Shown here piece after piece: positions 56,781 to 64,000 of a stretch of DNA of 64,000 nucleotides. Both the position numbers and the translations under genes were made by a program. Position 1 is the stretch's first letter. Each line of letters begins with the position of its first letter. Below the pieces are notes generated by a model. That model was given only the letters and a program-made list of their open reading frames with translations. It was not told where the DNA came from and did not search any database. Where the stretch lies: contig NZ_DATMGG010000184.1 of NCBI RefSeq assembly GCF_035555815.1, positions 11,088-75,087 of the forward strand, given 5' to 3'. Origin of the DNA: Sphingomonas sp. Lineage in GTDB: Bacteria; Pseudomonadota; Alphaproteobacteria; Sphingomonadales; Sphingomonadaceae.

Positions 56781-57455
56781 GTGAAGCCGATCGATCCCCC
56801 CGTGCCGCAAAGCGTCGGTCCGCTGGCGCCGGCGCACGCCGCTGCGCTCGATCGCGACGGCTATCTGCTGCTGCGCGGGGCGGTGCCCGCGTCGTACCGC
56901 GACGATCTGCGCGCGGCGTTCGACGCCGGGGTGATGCCCAACGACCAATGGACCGCCCCGCGCGGCATCGGCTGGCGTCATGCGCTGGTCGATCTCGATC
57001 CCGCCGTGCAGCGCGCCTGCCGGGTGCCCGATCTGCTGGCGGCGGCGGGGCGGATATTGGGCGGCCCGTTCTTCCTCAGCCAGGTCGAGGGACGGGAGCC
57101 TTTGCCGGACCACGGCCACCAGCCGCTGCACCGCGACGGTGCCGGCAGCCGCGGGGCCGCGGCGCTGATCTTCCTCGATCCCTACGGCCCGGCCAACGGC
57201 GGCACCCGCGTGGTGCCGCGCCCGCGCGATGACGGCGAACCCGACGAATCGCTGGCGCTGGTGCTGGAGGGGCAGGCGGGGGACATCGTCGTGTTCGACA
57301 TGGACGTGCTGCACGGCGCGACCCTCAATCGCTCGGGCGCGCGGCGGCGGTCGCTGCTGCTGGGGTTCCTGCCGGAAAGCGATCGCGCGGTGGTGGAGGC
57401 GTGCCGCGCGGTCCGCGACGTGCGGATGGCGTACGGCGACAGCTTCACGCCGTGA
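56781..57455 (+). CDS. Phytanoyl-CoA dioxygenase (PhyH) family Fe(II)/2OG oxygenase
   Basis: DGYL; Q.LHRD (HxD); NGGT.VVP; LHG...N.S...RR. Confidence 0.8.
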   Translation: MKPIDPPVPQSVGPLAPAHAAALDRDGYLLLRGAVPASYRDDLRAAFDAGVMPNDQWTAPRGIGWRHALVDLDPAVQRACRVPDLLAAAGRILGGPFFLSQVEGREPLPDHGHQPLHRDGAGSRGAAALIFLDPYGPANGGTRVVPRPRDDGEPDESLALVLEGQAGDIVVFDMDVLHGATLNRSGARRRSLLLGFLPESDRAVVEACRAVRDVRMAYGDSFTP

Positions 57456-57494
57456 CGGCGACGCCCGCGCGGTGACGGATAGGGGGCGGAGGTC

Positions 57495-57782
57495 CTATTT
57501 GCTGTCCGCGCGCGCGCGCTCGTGATGCCGGATCACCTCGTCGATGATGAAGCGCAGGAATTTCTCGGAGAATTCGGGGTCGAGGTCGGCGTCGACCGCC
57601 AGCTTGCGCAGCCGCTCGATCTGGCGTTCCTCGCGGCCGGGATCGGCCGGAGGCAGGCCGGCGGTCGCCTTGTACTGGCCCACCGCCTGGGTCACCTTGA
57701 ACCGCTCGGCCAACAGGCACACCAGCGCCATGTCGATATTGTCGATGCTCTGGCGATAGCGTTGCAGCGTGTCGTCGGTCAT
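57495..57782 (-). CDS. Monofunctional chorismate mutase (AroQ)
   Basis: R.SIDNID.AL..LLAERF..T..VG.YK...LP..DP.RE. Confidence 0.9.
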   Translation of the reverse strand: MTDDTLQRYRQSIDNIDMALVCLLAERFKVTQAVGQYKATAGLPPADPGREERQIERLRKLAVDADLDPEFSEKFLRFIIDEVIRHHERARADSK

Positions 57783-57875
57783 CCCGGCCCCTTTGAAGTC
57801 GCCGCCCGCCTTTGAAGCGGCGGCAGGCCCCGCGCAAGGCTTGCGTTTCCCCCCGCGCCCGGCCATCAGCCGCGC

Positions 57876-58889
57876 ATGAGCGCAACCGTTCATCGCCTGG
57901 GCGGCAAGCACGCCCCTTCGCTCGATCCGATGATGGCGCTCGTCGCCCCGGACATGAATCTGGTCAACACCATCATCCTCGATCGGATGCAGTCGGACAT
58001 TCCGCTGATCCCGGAGCTGGCCGGCCATCTGATCGCGGGCGGCGGCAAGCGGATGCGGCCGATGCTGACGCTGGCGAGCGCGAAGCTGCTCGGCTACGCG
58101 GGCAACCGCCACCACCGGCTCGCGGCGGCGGTCGAGTTCCTCCACACCGCCACGCTGCTCCACGACGACGTCGTCGATTCGTCGGATCTGCGGCGCGGCC
58201 GGCGCACCGCCAACATCATCTGGGGCAATCCGGCCAGCGTGCTGGTGGGCGATTTCCTGTTCAGCCGCTCGTTCGAGCTGATGGTCGAGGACGGCAGCGT
58301 CAAGGTGCTCAAGATCCTCGCCAACGCCAGCGCGGTGATCGCGGAAGGGGAGGTCAACCAGCTCACCGCCGTGCGCCGGATCGATCTGGGCGAGGAACGC
58401 TATCTCGACATCATCGACGCCAAGACCGCGTCGCTGTTCGCCGCCGCCTGCCGCATCGCGGCGGTGGTCGCCGAACGGCCGGAGGCGGAGGAGGTCGCGC
58501 TCGACGCCTATGGCCGCAACCTCGGCATCGCCTTCCAGCTGGTCGACGACGCGCTCGATTATGTGTCCGACGCCGGCACGATGGGCAAGGAAGCGGGCGA
58601 CGATTTCCGCGAGGGCAAGATGACGCTGCCGGTCATTCTGGCGCGGTCGCGCGGCGATGCCGATGCGCGGGCGTTCTGGAAGGACGCGATGGAGGGTCGC
58701 CGCAACCAGGACAGCGATCTGGCCGAGGCGATCGACCGGGTGCGCGCCACCCGCGCGGTCGACGACACGCTGGCGCGCGCGCGCCACTATGGTCAGCGCG
58801 CGATCGACGCGCTGGGCATGTTCACCGACGGTGCCGCCCGGCAGGCGATGGTCGAGGCGGTCGAATTCGCGGTGGCGCGCGCCTATTGA
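57876..58889 (+). CDS. ispB: Octaprenyl/decaprenyl diphosphate synthase
   Basis: GGKR.RP, HDDVVD...RRG, FQLVDD.LD, GK.TLP. Confidence 0.93.
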   Translation: MSATVHRLGGKHAPSLDPMMALVAPDMNLVNTIILDRMQSDIPLIPELAGHLIAGGGKRMRPMLTLASAKLLGYAGNRHHRLAAAVEFLHTATLLHDDVVDSSDLRRGRRTANIIWGNPASVLVGDFLFSRSFELMVEDGSVKVLKILANASAVIAEGEVNQLTAVRRIDLGEERYLDIIDAKTASLFAAACRIAAVVAERPEAEEVALDAYGRNLGIAFQLVDDALDYVSDAGTMGKEAGDDFREGKMTLPVILARSRGDADARAFWKDAMEGRRNQDSDLAEAIDRVRATRAVDDTLARARHYGQRAIDALGMFTDGAARQAMVEAVEFAVARAY

Positions 58890-58918
58890 TCGCCGCGAGG
58901 CGCGGACTTGCCGTGCCG

Positions 58919-58983
58919 GCCCGCTCCTCCACCCGGCCACCCATCAAGATACACTGAGTGGGTGGCCGGGTAGGGGAGCAGGC
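58919..58983. repeat. Long palindromic element (family D) between convergent genes
   Basis: GCCCGCTCCTCCACCCGGCCACCCA -15 bp- TGGGTGGCCGGGTAGGGGAGCAGGC. Confidence 0.7.
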
Positions 58984-58997
58984 TCCTCGAACGAACC

Positions 58998-60272
58998 TCA
59001 GCCCTCGCCGCTCAGCAGCGCGTCGGTTTCGTCGCCGGCGGGTTCGGCCGCGCCCGAATGGCGCGCGATCGCGGTGGTCGCGGCGATGTCCATCACCACA
59101 TTGCCCAGCGTGCGCATGATGTCGGGAAAGGTCTCGACCGCGACCAGCAGCGCCAGCGGCTCGATCGGCACGCCCATCGCCAGCGCGATCGGCGCGATCG
59201 AGCTGACGAAGCTGATCGTGCCGGGCAGGCTGACCGCGCCCAGCGTGGTGACCGCGGCGGCGGCGATGCCGATCGCCACCTGCGTCGCGGTCAGGTGCAT
59301 CCCGAACACGTGCGCGACATACAGCGCGACCGCCAGGTTCATCGCCGGCCCGGTGTAGCGAAAGATCGCCACCGCCAGCGGCAGCGTGACGCCGCTGGTC
59401 GCGACATGCACGTCGAGCTTCGCGGTGCCGCGCAGCATCGCCGGCAGCGATGCCAGCGATGATTGCGTGCTGATCGCCACCGCCATCGCCGGGGTGGACG
59501 CGCGGAAATAATCGGGCAGCTTCACTCGGCCGCCGAACTTCGCCACCGGAATCGCCAGCAGCGACACGGCAAAGCCGGCGCCCGCGACCACCAGCACATA
59601 ATGGACCAGCGCGCCGAACGCCGCCGTTCCCGCCTTCGCCCCCACGACATAGGCCAGCGCGAACACACCGATCGGCGCCAGCGCCAGCACCCAGTTGATC
59701 ATCACCAGCATGACGTCGGCGATCGCCTTGAACACGTCGGTGAGCAGTTGTCGCGGGTGCGCGGGCAGGCGGGTGACCGCGAACCCGAAGATCACGGTGA
59801 ACACGATCAGCGGCAGAAAGGCGTCGTTGGCGGCGGCGGCGAGCGGATTGGTCGGCACCATCGCGACGATGAACTGGGAAAAGGGTGGGACTTCATCGAC
59901 CGGCGCCGCGCCGGCAAAGGCGCTGCGCAGCGCGGTGGCGGCGCCGCCGTGGAGCGGAAACAGGTCGAGCAGCCCCAGCGTCACCAGCGCCCCCAGCGCC
60001 GAGGAGACCCACAGCAGCGCGACGAACACGATCAGCGATCGGGTCGCCAGCCGGCTGGCGCGCGCCGCCTCCGCCGTCGCGGCGATGCCGGTGACCAGCA
60101 GCGCGACCACCAGCGGGACGATCGTCATGCGGAGCGCGTTGAGCCAGATCGTGCCGGTCGGATCGGCGACCATCGTCACCCGCGCGGCGAAATCGGGCGC
60201 CCAGCCCGACAGCAGCACGCCCATCGCCAGCCCGGCAATCAACGCGATCAGGATACGGGTCGGCCTGGACAT
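58998..60272 (-). CDS. Dicarboxylate/amino acid:cation symporter (DAACS)
   Basis: LRM.IVPLV, PTNP, STQSS.A.LP, D..RT..NV..D. Confidence 0.9.
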   Translation of the reverse strand: MSRPTRILIALIAGLAMGVLLSGWAPDFAARVTMVADPTGTIWLNALRMTIVPLVVALLVTGIAATAEAARASRLATRSLIVFVALLWVSSALGALVTLGLLDLFPLHGGAATALRSAFAGAAPVDEVPPFSQFIVAMVPTNPLAAAANDAFLPLIVFTVIFGFAVTRLPAHPRQLLTDVFKAIADVMLVMINWVLALAPIGVFALAYVVGAKAGTAAFGALVHYVLVVAGAGFAVSLLAIPVAKFGGRVKLPDYFRASTPAMAVAISTQSSLASLPAMLRGTAKLDVHVATSGVTLPLAVAIFRYTGPAMNLAVALYVAHVFGMHLTATQVAIGIAAAAVTTLGAVSLPGTISFVSSIAPIALAMGVPIEPLALLVAVETFPDIMRTLGNVVMDIAATTAIARHSGAAEPAGDETDALLSGEG

Positions 60273-60344
60273 GCTCGCTTCTCCACCACGCCGACGCTAT
60301 GCAGGCGCGCCGGGGATGGGGACAAGGTCGCGGGAAGTGCAATA

Positions 60345-61685
60345 ATGGCAAGAAAATATTTCGGCACCGACGGGATTCGTGGTCTGACCAATGCGTCGCC
60401 GATGACCGCGGACATGGCGATGCGGGTCGGGATGGCGGCGGGAAAGCACTTCCAGCGTGGCGATCACCGGCACCGGGTGGTGATCGGCAAGGACACGCGG
60501 CTGTCGGGCTATATGCTTGAAAGCGCGATGGTCGCGGGCTTCACCTCGGTCGGCATGGACGTGGTGCTGCTCGGCCCGATGCCGACGCCGGCGGTCGCGA
60601 TGCTGACCACGTCGATGCGCGCCGATATCGGCGTGATGATCTCCGCCAGCCACAATCCGTTCGCCGACAACGGCATCAAGCTGTTCGGCCCCGACGGCTA
60701 CAAACTGTCGGACGAGGACGAGGCGGCGATCGAGGCGGCGCTCGAATCGCCGGTCGATCTCGCGCCGGCCGCCGACATCGGCCGCGCCCGCCGGGTCGAG
60801 GACGCGCGCGGGCGCTACATCCATTTCGCCAAATCGACCTTTCCCGACGACCTGCGGCTCGACGGGCTGAAGGTGGTGATCGATTGCGCCAACGGCGCCG
60901 CCTATCAGGTCGCGCCGTCCGCGCTGTGGGAACTGGGGGCGGAGGTGGTGGCGATCGGCGTCACCCCCAATGGCAAGAACATCAACGACCGCGTCGGGTC
61001 GACCGCGCCCGACACGCTGTGCGAGACGGTGGTGGCGTCCGGCGCGGCGATCGGCATCGCATTGGACGGCGACGCCGACCGGCTGATCGTGGTCGATGAG
61101 AACGGCCGGGTGGTCGACGGCGATCAGCTGATGGCGACGATCGCCGCCGCCTGGGCGCGGCAGGGCCGGCTGCGCGGTGGCGGGCTGGTGGCGACGGTGA
61201 TGTCGAACCTCGGCCTAGAACGCTACCTCCACTCGCTCGGGCTGGAATTGACCCGCACCCGCGTCGGCGATCGCTATGTGCTGGAAACAATGCGCGCGGA
61301 GGGGTTCAACGTCGGTGGCGAGCAGTCGGGGCACATCATCCTGTCGGACTATGCCACCACCGGCGACGGGCTGGTCGCGGCGTTGCAGATCCTCGCCGAG
61401 CTGGTCCGCACCGGCGCCCCGGCCAGCGAGGTGCTGCACCGCTTCGATCCGGTGCCGCAACTGCTCAAGAACGTGCGGTTCAAGGGCGGCAAGCCGCTGG
61501 AGGACGACGGCGTCCGCGCGCTGATCGCCGACGCGGAAGCGGAATTGAACGGGCGCGGCCGGCTGGTGATCCGCCCGTCGGGCACCGAGCCGGTGATCCG
61601 GGTAATGGCCGAGGGCGACGACGCCGATCAGGTCGCCGCGGTGGTCGATCGCATCTGCGACGCGGTGCGCGCGGTGGCCGGCTGA
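60345..61685 (+). CDS. glmM: Phosphoglucosamine mutase
   Basis: [35 protein letters not shown]. Confidence 0.97.
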   Translation: MARKYFGTDGIRGLTNASPMTADMAMRVGMAAGKHFQRGDHRHRVVIGKDTRLSGYMLESAMVAGFTSVGMDVVLLGPMPTPAVAMLTTSMRADIGVMISASHNPFADNGIKLFGPDGYKLSDEDEAAIEAALESPVDLAPAADIGRARRVEDARGRYIHFAKSTFPDDLRLDGLKVVIDCANGAAYQVAPSALWELGAEVVAIGVTPNGKNINDRVGSTAPDTLCETVVASGAAIGIALDGDADRLIVVDENGRVVDGDQLMATIAAAWARQGRLRGGGLVATVMSNLGLERYLHSLGLELTRTRVGDRYVLETMRAEGFNVGGEQSGHIILSDYATTGDGLVAALQILAELVRTGAPASEVLHRFDPVPQLLKNVRFKGGKPLEDDGVRALIADAEAELNGRGRLVIRPSGTEPVIRVMAEGDDADQVAAVVDRICDAVRAVAG

Positions 61686-61909
61686 TGCTGGAGATGCGCC
61701 CCGATTGCGAACGCTGCGGCGCCGATCTGCCCGCCGATCAGGCGGGGGCGTTCATCTGCTCGTTCGAATGCACCTTCTGCGTCGATTGCGCCGACGCGCT
61801 GGATGAGACCTGCCCCAATTGCGGCGGGGAACTGCTCGATCGCCCGGCGCGGGTGGGTGATGTGCTGAAACGTCATCCCGCCGGCACCGTGCGCAGGTTT
61901 GCGGGCTGA
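61685..61909 (+). CDS. DUF1272 cysteine-rich protein
   Basis: MLEMRP.CE.C..DL....A.ICSFECTFC..C....CPNCGGEL..RP. Confidence 0.9.
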   Translation: MLEMRPDCERCGADLPADQAGAFICSFECTFCVDCADALDETCPNCGGELLDRPARVGDVLKRHPAGTVRRFAG

Positions 61910-62054
61910 AAAGTCGCTGTCCTACATGCCCGCCCCTGTGCGATGAGCGGGTGATGCTGGCGCTTCGTTTCTCCGCTTGTCCTTCAAATCCAACGGTCGT
62001 CCCGCACGCTGCCCGACCAGCGTCAGGTGAGACCTTTGTGAGACCTTTCGGCCG

Positions 62055-62921
62055 ATGAGCATCGCCCGTGTCCTGATCATCGCCGGGTCCGATTCGGGCG
62101 GCGGCGCGGGAATTCAGGCCGATATCAAGGCGGTGACGATGCTCGGCGGCCACGCGATGACCGCGATGACCGCGCTGACCGCGCAGAATTCGCTGGGGGT
62201 GCAGGGGGTGATGCCGGTGCCGGCGGCGTTCGTGCTGGCGCAGATCGATTCGGTGGTGGGCGATCTTGGCGTCGACGCGGTCAAGATCGGGATGATCGGA
62301 TCGGCGGAGGTGGCGCACGCCGTCGCCGACCGGCTCGAATCGCTCGACGTGCCGATCGTGTTCGATCCGGTGATGGTGGCGACCTCGGGATCGGTGCTCG
62401 CCGACGCCGCCACGGTCGCGGCGTTCGAACGGCTGATGCGGATGGCGGCGCTGGTCACGCCGAACGTTCCCGAACTCACCGCGCTCGCTCTTTCCGTTCG
62501 CCCAGGGCTTGGCGAAGCGCCGCGCGCGTCGTCGGAGGAACAGGACGCTGCCCTGACCGACTCGGCACGAACGGAACTGGGCCGGGCGCTGGCCGACCAT
62601 CTCGGCGTCGCCGTCCTGGCAAAGGGGGGCGATCTGCCCGGCGCCGATGTCGTCGACATTCTCCTTGGCCCCGACGGTTCCCACCGCGTCTGGTCCGATC
62701 CGCGTATCGACACGCCGCACAGCCATGGCACCGGCTGCACGCTGGCCAGCGCGATCGCCACCGGGCTGGCGCAGGGGATGGCGCTGCCCGATGCGATCGC
62801 GCGCGGGCGGCGGTTCGTCCGCGCCGCGCTGGCCCATGCGCCGGGACTGGGGGCCGGGCACGGCCCGATGGGCCATGCGCTGGGCATCGCGCCGTTCGAC
62901 GTGTGGGAGGCGCGGGGCTGA
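62055..62921 (+). CDS. thiD: Hydroxymethylpyrimidine/phosphomethylpyrimidine kinase (with degenerate family A insertion)
   Basis: IAGSDSGGGAGIQADIK, KIGM, DPVMVA.SG, TPN..E, HGTGCTLASA. Confidence 0.95.
   Translation: MSIARVLIIAGSDSGGGAGIQADIKAVTMLGGHAMTAMTALTAQNSLGVQGVMPVPAAFVLAQIDSVVGDLGVDAVKIGMIGSAEVAHAVADRLESLDVPIVFDPVMVATSGSVLADAATVAAFERLMRMAALVTPNVPELTALALSVRPGLGEAPRASSEEQDAALTDSARTELGRALADHLGVAVLAKGGDLPGADVVDILLGPDGSHRVWSDPRIDTPHSHGTGCTLASAIATGLAQGMALPDAIARGRRFVRAALAHAPGLGAGHGPMGHALGIAPFDVWEARG
62494..62574. repeat. Degenerate family A doublet inside thiD, 81 bp
   Basis: CCGTTCGCCCAGGGCTTGGCGAAGCGCCG ... AGGACGCTGCCCTGACCGACTCGGCACGAACGG; aligns end to end with 30451..30530. Confidence 0.8.
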
Positions 62922-63562
62922 TGCCCGGCCTCAAGCATGAGAAGCTGTGCCTCGCCCCGGTCGCCGGGGTCGATGAGGCGGGGCGCGGGCCGCTGGCCGG
63001 GCCGGTGGTCGCGGCGGCGGTGATCCTGCCCGCGCGCGGCGTCCCGCGCGGGATCGATGATTCCAAGAAGCTGCCCGCCACCGAACGCGCGCGGCTGCAC
63101 GATCGGCTGATGGGCTGCGCTCAGGTCGGCATCGGCATCGTCGAGGCGGAGGAGATCGACCGGCTCAACATCTATTGGGCGACGATGAAGGCGATGACGC
63201 TGGCGGTCGAGGCGCTGATCGAGAACGGCGGCTGCGCGCCCGGCCATGTGCTGGTCGACGGCAATCGCCTGCCGCGCTGGAGCCATGCCGCGACCGCGCT
63301 CGTCGGCGGCGACGCGATCAGCCTGTCGATCGCCGCCGCGTCGATCGTCGCCAAGCACACCCGCGACACGATCATGATCGCCCATGCGGAGGCCTATCCG
63401 CATTACGGCTGGCATTCGAACAAGGGCTATGGCGCGCCCGGCCATCTGCGCGCGTTGCGCGAACACGGGCCGTCGCCGCTCCACCGCCGCAGCTTCGCGC
63501 CGGTCGCGCAGGCCGAATTGCCGTTATCCATGCCGAACGAGTCTTTTTCGTCACACCCCTAG
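62921..63562 (+). CDS. rnhB: Ribonuclease HII
   Basis: GVDEAGRGPLAGPVV, DDSKK, DG, SIAAASI.AK, KGY. Confidence 0.96.
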   Translation: MPGLKHEKLCLAPVAGVDEAGRGPLAGPVVAAAVILPARGVPRGIDDSKKLPATERARLHDRLMGCAQVGIGIVEAEEIDRLNIYWATMKAMTLAVEALIENGGCAPGHVLVDGNRLPRWSHAATALVGGDAISLSIAAASIVAKHTRDTIMIAHAEAYPHYGWHSNKGYGAPGHLRALREHGPSPLHRRSFAPVAQAELPLSMPNESFSSHP

Positions 63563-63681
63563 GGATTGTGGCTGGCGGCGGGCGCAGACTCAACATCGAG
63601 TCGCGGACTCGGAATGTTCCCTCGCGTTAACCACTTGTCAGCGATTCCCGTTAACTAATCTTCGCTTGACGAGCGGGACTC
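63539..63681 (+). promoter_or_regulatory. ccrM promoter region: six GANTC sites and TTAAC (CtrA-like) half sites
   Basis: GANTC at 63539, 63587, 63598, 63606, 63643, 63677; TTAAC at 63627 and 63651. Confidence 0.7.
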
Positions 63682-63691
63682 CGCCCGGTGA

Positions 63692-64000
<309 letters not shown>

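Noticed and set aside
61910-62054. Possible TPP riboswitch upstream of thiD; GTGAGACCTTT duplicated at 62027..62048
   Set aside because: No GCTGAGA / CCTGA..GATAATGC core. The 11-bp duplication alone supports no function.
2975-62574. Family A repeats as a CRISPR array or IS terminal inverted repeats
   Set aside because: Copies are dispersed inverted doublets with no regular repeat-spacer array, no cas genes, no DDE/HUH transposase and no consistent target-site duplication that I could see.

Overview
High-GC alphaproteobacterial chromosome segment, most likely Sphingomonas or a close sphingomonad (inferred from gene content and order, not from a search). It is mostly core genome: flagellar export cluster fliL-M-N-O-P-Q-R-flhB-fliD-fliS, argH-lptM-lysA-cysG(N)-corA, an SOS-box-controlled radical SAM/UdgX operon, rpoZ, tRNA-Ser(GCT), eipA, gor, rnr, glycine riboswitch-gcvTHP, pgi, lepB-rnc-era, a Zur-type TonB receptor, serC-serA-hisZ, pheA, nudC, mutY, dciA-dsbA-dsbA-smc, ispB, glmM, thiD-rnhB and the start of ccrM. 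The main non-routine signal is a family of ~80-90 bp palindromic doublets (arm CCGTTCG-NN-CTGAGCTTGTCGAAG-N'N'). Seven doublets are scattered across the window, two of them in frame inside rnr and thiD. Four further arms bracket a small stand-alone GIY-YIG nuclease gene between rnc and era. The layout resembles a REPIN/RAYT pair with a GIY-YIG nuclease instead of a HUH transposase. The arms covary to keep a hairpin with tandem G.A pairs. Mobility of this candidate system is inferred, not shown. Other points: an orphan HEPN-motif gene at the tRNA-Ser 3' end, a Tat-signal DOPA dioxygenase, a frameshifted DUF4328-like gene and several other REP families. All family assignments come from motif recognition by eye, and coordinates were counted by hand.
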